Below, piece by piece: positions 40,012 through 51,265 of a DNA stretch of 64,000 bases. How positions within the stretch are numbered: position 1 is the first letter of the stretch; each line of letters opens with the position of its first letter. Origin of the DNA: Patellaria atrata CBS 101060 (lineage: Eukaryota); NCBI GenBank assembly GCA_010093705.1, contig MU006113.1, positions 243,165 to 307,164 of the forward strand, in the 5' to 3' direction. The position numbers and the translations under genes were made by a program. Below the pieces are notes generated by a model. The model was not told where the DNA came from, searched no databases, and saw only the letters and a list, made by a program, of their open reading frames with translations.

Positions 40012-40071
40012 ATAGTTTCCTTTACCAAAGGGCCCGTCAAGATTCAGACACGTTCTCTCTTCAAATCAAAA

Positions 40072-42262
40072 ATGTTGTCCCAATCGCGGCAATGCCGCGC
40101 CACTATGCAGTGCCTGAATGCTGCGAGGCAACTCTCTACTACATCCGTACGATCAGCAAAGTCCCCATACGGGAAGATAATGAAAGCTGCAACAACAACC
40201 ACACGGGAGACGACGAAACGACCACAGAGCACAGCAGCCGTAGCAGCTACCTATGAACGACCTCTTCCCAGTCCGGCTTTCAATAGGGAGGACATGCGAT
40301 ATAATGATATCCAACCTCTAAGACCGTTTCGACAACCGGAGATGGATCATTCATTTGTGGGAATGAAAGGAGGAGAAATATTTCATGAAATGATGTTACG
40401 GCATGGTGTGAAACATATCTGTACGTATCGACTACTAATCATCCTCAATGTGCAGTATCACTAACCCATCGCTAGTTGGATATCCAGGAGGAGCCATTCT
40501 TCCAGTTTTCGACGCCATTTATAATTCGAAACATTTCAACTTCGTTCTACCTAGACATGAACAAGGTGCTGGTCATATGGCTGAGGGTTATGCTCGCGCA
40601 TCAGGCAAACCTGGCGTTGTTTTGGTAACCTCCGGTCCGGGAGCTACCAACGTAGTGACCCCAATGCAAGATGCTCTTATGGATGGTACCCCTATGGTCG
40701 TCTTCTGCGGTCAAGTTGTTACTACAGCTATTGGTTCGGATGCGTTCCAAGAAGCCGACATGGTCGGTATCTCTAGAGCTTGCACGAAATGGAACGTAAT
40801 GGTCAAGAATATTGCTGAACTTCCCAGACGGATAAATGAGGCCTTTGAGATTGCCACTACGGGAAGACCCGGTCCAGTTCTTGTGGATCTTCCTAAGGAT
40901 GTAACTGGAGCTATTCTCTCGAGGCCAATTCCAATCTCGAGCACGCTACCCACACATCCAAGTGCTGCAACAATTGCCGCCAGAGAACTCAGCAGACAAC
41001 AGCTTGAAGGGTCCATTAAACGTACTGCTGATCTCATCAATATGGCCAAGAAGCCGGTTGTTTACGCCGGTCAAGGTATCGTCCAGTCACCTAATGGTCC
41101 CGAGCTGTTGAGAGAACTGTCCGAAAAGGCTTGTATTCCTGTAACGACAACTCTCCAAGGTCTCGGAGGCTTCGACGAGCTGGACGAAAAGTCTCTTCAT
41201 ATGCTAGGTATGCACGGTTCTGCATTTGCGAACCTAGCTATGCAAGAAGCCGACCTTATTCTAGCTCTGGGTGCTCGATTTGATGATCGTATTACCGGAG
41301 CGGTTGGTCGATTCGCTCCTGCTGCAAAGGCTGCTGCAGCTGAGGGTCGCGGCGGTATCGTGCATTTCGAAATCATGCCAAAGAACATTAATAAGGTTGT
41401 GCAAGCTACTGAGGCCGTGGAAGGAGATGTTGGAACAAACCTTTCCATGCTTCTTCCACACGTTAACAAAGTTTCAGAACGTTCCGAATGGTTTACACAG
41501 ATCAAGGACTGGAAGGAACGTTTCCCTTGGGCTTATGAGAAGGAGACCCCCGGCGGGCTTATCAAGCCTCAAACCGTCATTTCCAAAGTTAGCGATCTGA
41601 CTAAGGACATCAAGGAGAACACTATCATCGCGACAGGAGTTGGTCAACATCAAATGTGGGCAGCACAACATTTCCGATGGCGACATCCTCGCTCGATGAT
41701 CACGTCCGGTGGTCTCGGGACGATGGGCTTTGGTCTCCCAGGAGCAATTGGCGCTAAAGTTGCCAAACCTGAAGCTTTAGTGATCGACATCGACGGCGAT
41801 GCCTCTTTCAGCATGACACTTACTGAGCTATCTACCGCTGCAGAGTTCAACATCGGGGTTAAGATCATCGTCCTTAACAACGAGGAGCAGGGTATGGTCA
41901 CTCAGTGGCAAACTCTGTTCTACGAAGACCGATTCTCACATACGCATCAACGTAATGCCGACTTCGTAAAACTTGGGGATGCGATGGGTGTTCAAGCTGA
42001 TAGATGTATCAAGCTGGAAGATCTCGAGGACAAGTTAAAATGGCTGCTGTTTGAAACCGACGGTCCCGCGCTCCTAGAAATCGTAACAGACCAGAAAGTA
42101 CCTGTACTTCCTATGGTGCCTGGAGGAAATGCGCTACATGAGTTTATCGCGTACGACGAGGGTAAGCATCATCACATTCGTATTATATACCCAACCGCTA
42201 ATTAGATCACAGAGAAAGCAAAGGAAAGGAGAGCGCAAACAAAGGCTCGCTCTGGTAGATGA
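40072..42262 (+). CDS. ILV2: Acetolactate synthase catalytic subunit, mitochondrial
   Basis: Mitochondrial-type presequence, GYPGGAILP, RHEQGAGHMAEGYAR, TSGPGATN, GQHQMW, TSGGLGTMGFGLP and TPP motif GDASF...LNN. Introns ~40421-40475 and 42162-42212. Confidence 0.97.
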
Positions 42263-42782
42263 TTAAACCATGATTTCTTACATACTTGCATATTGATGGC
42301 ATTTGGGTGGCAAAGGGGGTTTTGGGCGTCTGTGTTATGAAAAAGGGGCAAAGGTTTTGGCTATTATTTTTGCTTCCATATTTGCTTCCTGCAAGGTTAA
42401 GCATTTCTGCTGTTCTTCAAGCATAGTTCAAGTTCAGTCACGGAAAGTGAATGTATCCATTTCATGTATAAATTAAAGAGAGTGAAGTTGAAGGGACAAT
42501 AAAGTTTCCATTATATGAGGCGAATATATATCACGTATCTTATTTTCCCGTGCGGTGTTCGATGACGTTGGAGGCGATGCTGCGCCTGCGGACAAGGATG
42601 AGCGTAGTTCTGTGTGTGTGTTTAACAAACTTGACGTCCCATCCAATCCAAGCACCCCCTCAACTAGAAACTCCCCTCCCTCATATCATATACTTCCAGT
42701 TTTCACCCTAACCCGAATAAAAATCAATATTTCTCTTGTACTCTCTATATCCTCAGTCTTCTATAAAACTTGCATTTTCAAT

Positions 42783-44209
42783 ATGAGTTCTTCCCAGCAA
42801 GAAGGTGCTGCAGTACCTGCGTCGGCTAAGGGATCATGGTCTTCATTTCTAAAGGTGTGTTCTATGGCAACCATAAGCAATTGGAAATAGTAACTAATAG
42901 TATGTCTCGTTCAGTCCATAGCTTCCTTCAATGGAGATCTTTCAACCATGACCGCACCCCCTTTTATCCTCTCTTCCACTTCCCTAGTCGAATACTCCTC
43001 TTACTGGGCAGAGCACCCCTCTCTTTTCGTCGCCCCCACTAGTGAGCAGGATCCTGCGAAACGGGCGATGCTAGTGCTCAAATGGTTTCTTAGCACTTTG
43101 AAGCAGCAATATAGCAGTCGTAATGAGAAGTTGGGCAGCGAGAAGAAGCCTCTAAATCCATTTTTGGGGGAGTTGTTCTTGGGGAGGTGGAATGACGAAG
43201 CCGGGGAGACGCAACTAGTGAGCGAACAAGTGAGGTATGTGTATATCTTGATATCTGCTTTGCGTAGCACATGCGAATCATCGGTCCTAAACCGAAGATG
43301 TTTTTCAAGAGTTCAGGACGCGCATGCTAACCGTTCTGGATCTTCATAGCCATCATCCCCCCGTCACAGCCTATAGCATCTGGAACGACAAACACGGCAT
43401 CAGACTCCAAGGCTATAATGCACAAAAAGCGTCGGTCTCAAGTACTATCAATGTCAAAGTAAGTCTCAACACACTTTCCTTCCAGTGAATCATGCTCTAA
43501 TCCAAAACCCCAGCAAATCGGTCACGCAATCCTCCACATCGACGCCTTTGACGAAGACTACCTCATAACTCTCCCCTCGCTCCACATAGAAGGCCTTATC
43601 ACCGGCTCCCCCTTCGTCGAGCTAAACCGGACATCCTACATCCAATCCTCCTCCGGCTACACCGCCAAAATCGACTACAAAGGCCGAGGCTGGCTCTCCG
43701 GCAAGAAAAACACCTTCAGCGCGACCCTCTTCCCCAGCGGCAAGGAAAAAGAAGTTCTCTACACCGTTGAGGGCCAATGGAACGATAGCTTCACCATAAA
43801 AGGCTCGATGAAGAACGTAGTCGAGAAGTTCGACGCCAAGGCCGCAAAGATCTCGCCCCTTCTCATCGCCGACCTGGAAGAGCAAGACAGCATGGAGTCC
43901 CGCCGGGCCTGGGCTAAAGTGGCGGCCGCTATCAGCAAGGGCGACATGGATGCCACGTCCCGCGAGAAGAGCCTCATCGAGAACGCGCAACGCGAGATGC
44001 GCAAGAAGGAGAAGGAGGAAAATAGGGAATGGGAGCGCAGGTTCTTCACAAGGAAGGAGACGAGTCCGGTCTTCGAGGCGCTGGTGAAGAAGGGTGGGTT
44101 GCAGGAGGAGCTGGATCTGGATAAGACGAGTGGGGTCTGGGCTTTCGATTCGGAGAAAGCGAGCAGTGTGAAGCCACCGTTTAGGAAGGAGATCCCGACA
44201 GAGGTGTAG
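42783..44209 (+). CDS. KES1: Oxysterol-binding protein (Kes1/Osh4-like)
   Basis: [40 protein letters not shown], signature [28 protein letters not shown]. Three introns. Confidence 0.93.
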
Positions 44210-44944
44210 AAAGGAGGTGAGGTGGATTTAATTGGATGGTATGGATGAGCAAGCTGATTTGTAACCTCCTCTTTGTAATAATGTGTAGTCTCTTCACCCG
44301 TTCTGCTTTTCAGGGGTAAAGGTTCCAGTATCTTAGGTATAGGCGAATTAGCTCAGGAAATCGAGACACTCATCCCCTCGAATTCAAACCTGAACCAGCG
44401 GTAATGGTTCAAATAACCCTAGAATAAACATGTGAGAATACAATCGCTATCACTCAACCCGACTTTCTCGCTTTGCTGCTTTGCTGCTTTCGCCCCGAGA
44501 CCTCCTTCTTCGGGTGGTAGGGTTGCTGTTGCGTGGGTGACGGTGGTAGAATAGGTACAGGAGAGGGGCGTCTTTAGGCGCTATACTCTCTTGTCATCTC
44601 TGAATTTATAGACATGTTATCTTGAATAACCGGGGAAGGGGGGATTCTGTAGGATTATATAGCATAGTGGGTTCAAGGCTTAGGCGATTGCTATCAGCGA
44701 AACGGAAAAGTATGAAGCACTTCAAGAGCATTCGAGATGGAAGAGCTATCTCTTTCTAACAAAATCTAGATCTTCTTTTGCGATTATGGTACTGTACAGT
44801 TTACTATCTACTTCCAATCGATCATGTACACCATCTAATCATATGTACAGTACAGTACACCGTCCTCGACATCGTCCGTATGTACTACCAACCATAACAG
44901 CGTGCAACTACGATCATCTTTCCATCCCTCATTAACCCAAGTAC

Positions 44945-46930
44945 TCACCCCTCCGTCTTCTTCTTCCCCCTTTTCTTCTTATCCCCAAAATCCCTCCCAG
45001 CCTGCTCCTTATTGACGACTCCCCCGACCGGTTTCCCGGTCATAACCTTGATCCCGTTAAGCTCAACCTTAGCGTCGCTCGCTACACTCTTTACTGATTC
45101 GAAACTGGGCTTCCTCGAGGAACTCCTCGCCCTAACATCCGACAGTGGCTGCTTCTCGACAAACGGATCTTCAGACGCGGGGAAAGAACTCATATCCGTC
45201 CTCGTTTCCGTTTCGGCATCAAGTTCATCGGCGTCACTGCTCCACCAGCCCTCAGGCATACGCATGCTCTTTATCCCGCTTGCGTTGCTCGTCCCAGACG
45301 TCGCGGTATCACCCTTGACCACGCTCGCAAAGTCCGGTTTACCGTTTTCCACGTCCTCAGGGTCCATCGGCGCGGTGGCGTTCGAATGCAATATATTTTC
45401 GCTGACCTTTTTAGATGACACGTCGGGGCTATCAGCCTCTACGTCCGTGTTGCTGATCGAGTATTTACGGTCTAGAGTCGGCGAGAAGGGGCGAAAACCT
45501 GGGTATGCGCCTTCGTTGTTTTGTGCATCAGCGTATTGGTCGAGTGCGGAGAAAACATGGGGGAATACGAGGTCTGCAACGTCGTGGGCCCAGAGGAAGT
45601 CGAGATGCTCGTAGTGCGGGATCTCACGGGCGATGGTATGTTTGGGTAATTCTTTGAGCATGACCTTGATGTCGACAAGAGAATCCGAGCCACCGTAGAC
45701 AAGCATAATGGGGGTTTTGATATTGCGGGTTGGGAACTTGGCCACTTTATAGTACTGGGCGCCGTTGCTGAGGGAGAAAGGTGCATGGGTCTCGTCGTCG
45801 TACATCTGGAATTTCCCGTTCTTTATGATCTGAAACCAGTGTACCACACTCTTGACTGACGTGAAAGAGTAAAGATGTGGGTATGCGGCGAGCTTTTGGT
45901 GGGGGGATATGTTCTTCGCTGTCCAACCAAAAAGGAAAGCGAGAGACATGTCAATGAACCGGATAAAGATTGGGGGATAAAGTATAGCTTGCCACATTGT
46001 GGTTGATGGAAGTATGGCCCGGCGACCGAAGGCGAGAAAAAGAGCGTCGGGAGAAGCCTTTACCATAGAATCAACGATCCCAGTGGTCAATCCGTGAGGT
46101 GACATTGCTGGAGCTAAGGCAATGAAAGCGTTAACTTTATCGTTAAGTGTAGGATGGATCGATAATGTAGCAAAAGCCTGAGCAGTCCCTTGGGAAAAGC
46201 CGATATAGCTTAGTGTAGGCTGGTTAGTGGTGGAAAGGATGTAATCGATGCTGTTAGGAATATCATGAAAAGCAAATTGATCCATGGAAAAATTCCAAAA
46301 CTTGTTCGACGTAGGAGCATGCTTTACATTCTTTTTGGAGTACTTGTTACCTCGATTGTTACCGAACTGTAGATAGTTAGTATGACACCCCGCGTTAGCT
46401 TGAGTTGGCAGATATGTACTAACCCAAACATCGTATCCCCTCTCTACGAGCTCGAATGGTAGGCATCTCTCCTTATCTGTCAAACAAACCCAAACCTCAC
46501 TGTTCATCATCAATCCATGATGCATATACACCACCTTCTTCCTCAACCCGTCTCTACCGCTATTGACTCGTCGATCTTCCTCTCCTCTCTTCCAACCCAG
46601 TCTATGCAATCCTAGTAGATACCCATCTTTAGTCTGTACAATATGCTCCTCTGCGTAGTAACCAAATAAAGCGCAAAGCTCGACGAAGTCTGATGCTTGG
46701 GCGATAGAAGTGACGAGGGCTTTCTTCCGATTCCGTGAACGACGCCCTTGGGGGGAAGAGAGATAGTTGAATGCTTTACGAGAGCTCTGATAGCAAAAAC
46801 GTATTATGGGACCTGGAAGAGCGAGCGTGATGATATAGATGAGAGACTCGAGACCGATAAGGATAAAAGATCCAAGGAGAGCGATGTATTCCCGAAGATG
46901 GAGACGACCGATGAAAGGAATCCGTGGCAT
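44945..46930 (-). CDS. TGL1: AB-hydrolase lipase / steryl ester hydrolase (Tgl1-like)
   Basis: Start MPRIPFIG (ATG 46930). Motifs: EEHIVQTKDGYLLGLHR, HHGLMMNSEVWV, GYDVW|FGNNRGNKYS, nucleophile GFSQG, YEHLDFLW. In-frame intron 46423..46367. Confidence 0.9.
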   Translation of the reverse strand: MPRIPFIGRLHLREYIALLGSFILIGLESLIYIITLALPGPIIRFCYQSSRKAFNYLSSPQGRRSRNRKKALVTSIAQASDFVELCALFGYYAEEHIVQTKDGYLLGLHRLGWKRGEEDRRVNSGRDGLRKKVVYMHHGLMMNSEVWVCLTDKERCLPFELVERGYDVWVSTYLPTQANAGCHTNYLQFGNNRGNKYSKKNVKHAPTSNKFWNFSMDQFAFHDIPNSIDYILSTTNQPTLSYIGFSQGTAQAFATLSIHPTLNDKVNAFIALAPAMSPHGLTTGIVDSMVKASPDALFLAFGRRAILPSTTMWQAILYPPIFIRFIDMSLAFLFGWTAKNISPHQKLAAYPHLYSFTSVKSVVHWFQIIKNGKFQMYDDETHAPFSLSNGAQYYKVAKFPTRNIKTPIMLVYGGSDSLVDIKVMLKELPKHTIAREIPHYEHLDFLWAHDVADLVFPHVFSALDQYADAQNNEGAYPGFRPFSPTLDRKYSISNTDVEADSPDVSSKKVSENILHSNATAPMDPEDVENGKPDFASVVKGDTATSGTSNASGIKSMRMPEGWWSSDADELDAETETRTDMSSFPASEDPFVEKQPLSDVRARSSSRKPSFESVKSVASDAKVELNGIKVMTGKPVGGVVNKEQAGRDFGDKKKRGKKKTEG

Positions 46931-47611
46931 GATCAGAACACTCTGTTTCAAAGGGATTGTAGAACTAGTTGTTGAGCGTACCTAGTCTCTGTGTTGCGGA
47001 GTAACAGCAGATGAGATGGTAATTATATGGGATGATAATACTTCCAAAGCAAGCAGGAGACAACAGCTTTATAAATGACCGTTCATGGAAAGTAGCTTCG
47101 ACATGTGAACACATACGTACTGTACATGATCCAGTTCTGACATAAATCGAGCTCAATAACCCGTGGATGAAGAAGCTCCAAAAGGTTCAGAGAAGAGCGA
47201 GTCGTCGTCGTCCATTCGCCCAACAACATATTAGTACTAGTGGCTGACGTCGTTCAGGGACGAAAACCGAACCCTTAAGCCTGAGCATGTGATAGCGCCT
47301 AAGGGTCCGTGCGCGCGGCCAGGAACAAAGCGGAAAGTGCCGAGGAATCTGCGGAGTTTTCTTGAAGAATTCCATTTGCCGAGTACCGTCATCTGCCGAT
47401 TCCTCACAGCCGAAACGGGACGAGACGGGAGCTTGAACGCGCCGACACTGGCGGCCCGTGCATACGGATCCAAAGCCGCCATACCTACCTTAAGGTAGCT
47501 CGCATTGTGAGACCATGAGCTTCTTCCAACCTTCACTGTTAATGTCTCTTCTCTAATGTGCCGATAATATATCTTCCTATCGCTCAATCGAATATAGGCA
47601 GCTCCTGGAAG

Positions 47612-48149
47612 ATGCCGCAGAGCTGCAAAGACCTTCGTGAGTCTACACCGATCCTAGTGTATCGCGCCAGTTCAAATAAATTTTGTGCTCATCCACTTGC
47701 ACTCATGACTTATTCTTCCGTTATTCCGCCCTGTACACTTAACTAACTATAGATTTTTAGGCGCCGCACTGGCCGAATGTCTCCAGAACTCTGATTGTAT
47801 CATGGTCTACCGTAACAGTCCCTCCGACTGCCTACGACCGCCACTCAAAGACACGCTCCCCACCAAGTGTCAGCAACTGCAGAAGGGTTACGCTCAGTGT
47901 AAACGCGGTCTAGTCGATATGAGGAAGCGCTTCAGGGGTAACAAACCCATTAGTACCTCCCTAGAACGCGAGAATGAGGATGGTTATCAGCTGTACGCTG
48001 GCAAGAGCGCGTACAAGCCTGTAGTATCGAGACCAGACGAGACCGTTACAGAAGAAGTGGACAGGTCGGGAAGGAAATTGAGAGAATATGTGACTGTGGG
48101 TGGGATTGAAAGCGAATACGATAATAGAGTGAATGAGAAAAAAAATTAA
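47612..48149 (+). CDS. PET191: Cytochrome c oxidase assembly factor Pet191/COA5
   Basis: MPQSCKDL|RAALAECLQNSDC...DCL...KCQQLQKGYAQCKRGLVDMRKRFRGN, a twin-Cx9C pattern. Intron ~47637-47760. Confidence 0.9.
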
Positions 48150-49069
48150 GCTAGGTTAAAAGCAAAGGGTGAGGTTGTTCGGACATCTGTTAACGGTGGA
48201 ATATAACGTTATGTACTTACACTAGAAAAGATGTCGCTTAGAAGGGCATGGAATGGCGTCGGAGGCTGTGGAAACATGACTTTCTTACTCCCCACCTTTG
48301 GATTGGGATTCAAGCGATATTTCTAGCTATGTACGTAGTACGCCTCTTTTATCTGGTACGTTCGGTTCTCACTGGGAGCAAGCTCACCCAAAAGAACGTC
48401 AACACAAAGCGAGAACACTTCTGAACGATTTAAAAGCAGAGTTTTTCATTGTCGTGCTAAGGATATCTTAAAGAGTACAACCACCCGGATGCCCAACCTG
48501 TAGTCTACCAAGAAAACTCCTTTCCATGCGCCATCCAAACGACTGTGATCAAGTCCAACCCATCTAAATCCACTTTCTCGCCCTGAATCTAATGGCGACA
48601 TCGTTTGAATGGGGATGAAATCTGAAGAGTCCCCTGTCCTGACCATACATCTATGTAAGAAAGCAAAACTTTTGATCAAGAAAAGAATGCGCCTCCACCT
48701 CGAATCCATGCAGCCTCTAAAAATTCCTAAGAGATACAAAATGCACGCTAACGCGAAAACAGATAATCGGGTTGAGGGGGATTTGGGCGTTTGAATAGCA
48801 AAAGAGAACCAGAGGTGACTGTAGAAATAAACAGCAAAGAATAGAAAAGCAACAAATCAAAATGCAAAAGGAATGAATGAAGCGATGTAATGTCTAAGGC
48901 AAATCACGGACACTCATTCCTTAGCTCTGTGCTTTCCGCATTGATATGAGTAGACACGAAGCCCGTCAAAGTCAGTGAGCAAAATCAACAACGTTGAAAA
49001 GCCCAACCTCAAAATTGTCTCTCACCAATCAGATCAACTCCAATCCTGTAGTGCCAAACTTTCTAGCAA

Positions 49070-51265
49070 TTAGTTTTCGATCATTTTTGTAGTCGAGTCG
49101 CTACCAATTTCGCCAGCTGAACTGGCTCCACTGGCTCCAGCTCCACCAGCATCCCCATCTTCACCTCCGTCTTTCTTTTGCCTGTCCCCCTTCCTCGGCA
49201 TCCAACTTTTTCCAGGACCTCCCGGAATGGGGCCCCGGATCCCCAATTTATCCTCTTGTGCCTTCCTTCTAGCTTCTTTAGCTTCTTGTTCTGGCATCCT
49301 ACGCCTTGCATTGATGAACCAATTGCTGACTTGGTTCATATTAAGGCCTGTGTCCCGACACATCTGTTGCTTCTGCTCCTCATCTGGATAGGGGCAGTCA
49401 ACATGAAGCGAAAACCACTCTTTCATTGCATTCGTCGCCTGTTTCGGAAGATTTCCGCGTCGCTTCTTTTGATAGGGTTCCACACTTTGCTGTTGTGACA
49501 TAGTATATGCGAGTTCATACTGACGTGGCACACCCTGGGGTGGAATCGCAACTGTACCAGCAGGACCGACGTGCGCGACGGTGCCATACCCATAGCCAGG
49601 GGGTGCGGGGAAATGCCCATAGATGGGCCGCATTGGAGGAGGGGGCCTAGAGCAAATTTGCATTTGGTGAGACTGGTGGCTGTAATGGTGAGGTGGATGT
49701 TGAGAATATGCATCAGTAGGTCGAGCTACTGTAAGGACATTTGAGTAAGAAGGGTTCTGCATAGCACTTGGTATGTTGTGAGGATATGCGATTGACGTCT
49801 GGGGAGCGAAGTCAAAGGATGCTCGTTCCGGTGGCGGGGGATATGCTTGTTGGTACGTAGTCCGTGAAGGGCTTGATGTCGATGCATATGGACTTGGAAC
49901 CGCATAGCTTGGGGTGCGCTCCTGTGGGATTGATTCGTACGGTGATGGTCCAGATGAGGATGGATAACTTGTTCGATGCTCCTGTAGTCCTTGACTGAAA
50001 TACCCAGAGCCTGTATGGCCTGTAGGTCTCGAGTGATTTCCCTCAGAAAATGATGAAGGTCCGCTCGAAGATATATTCCGAGTCTCCTTAGGGCTGTACT
50101 CTGCGAGAGCCGTCGAGGGTCTGCTGGTCTCGTACCCTGGCGACTCTGGAAGGTCGTGATGATAGGAATGATGCTCACTGAGAGTCTTCTCGTCATCATT
50201 AGATCTAAGATGATGAGGAGGCTCCTGGAAGGGGTCCAGGTTCGTGAAGGACCTGATCGGAGGTATCATGTCGGATTGGTGCCGATCATATGGTGAGGTC
50301 TCTTGTCTTGTTCTATGGGCGCTTTGGGGTAATTTACTCTCCGCTTGATCACTCTGCAGTTGTGAAGATCTGCGCACTGTTGGTGATGTTGAATCGGAAG
50401 GGTTACTCCAGGAAGGTGCGTGTGGGTATGTCGGCAGCTCAGCATTGTTGATGACCGATTCAAGAAGCTATAAAGTCTCAGTTAGAAAAAGAAGTTCCCA
50501 AATCTGATTCGGACACCACATACCTTGGAAAACGGCGGGAGAGGTTGTACTGAATCTATGCGATTTCCAGAACTATGCGGGTAAGACAACTGTGAGGGAT
50601 AAGACTGTTCTCTAGGGTTATTATCATGTTCTCTTATTACTTGATGCAGTTGTGCTGTCGCTCTAATGATTGGGCGTGAGGGTTCTACAGCTCCTGAAGA
50701 CCTATGCTGGAACGGCATCTGTCCAGATCTGAAGTCATCCAAAGTTCGCTTTTCCCCACGCATTCTCAAGGGAAGAGAATATGTCGCTGAGTTCATGCCG
50801 TTTGAATGCCCTTCTATAGAAGGCCGGACGTGAACTTCGGCTAACCGATCCTCGAGAGAAGGTGATACAGAGCGAGGACCGGGCAGCGTAGGCATCTGGT
50901 TATCAGACATATTGTGTAAAGCTTCCAAGCGTGTGTGAAACGAGAGTAGTAGATGTAGGTTCTTGAGATGAATGTTGCTTAAGAAGATATCCTGACAAGC
51001 CGCCGTTGGTGTTATCTGCGTCTCAATCTCAGATGGCAGGTGTGATGGCAGGTCGGACGGCGTGTGGACTTATATATTCCAACGTGGAGCGAGAATGTGC
51101 AAGGAAGCAAGAGGAACCATGGATTGATGAGGTGAGTGAACTGTGGAGATAGCTTACACTTTTGACCATGCTGGTCGAACCATTCTGTAAATCTAGGAGA
51201 TCCGTAGATGCTTCGCGTTTCGAAATATTGAGTCTAGGGAAGTCGTGTAGCGTCAGACATTCCAT
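49070..51265 (-). CDS. TALE-class homeobox transcription factor (Cup9/Tos8/TGIF-like)
   Basis: KKRRGNLPK...WFSLHVDCPYPDEEQK...QVSNWFINARRR. Intron 50523..50468 joins ORFs 50482-50928 and 49070-50377 in frame. An upstream exon from ATG 51265 splices in frame to an acceptor at ~50992; the alternative start is ATG 50909. Confidence 0.88.
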
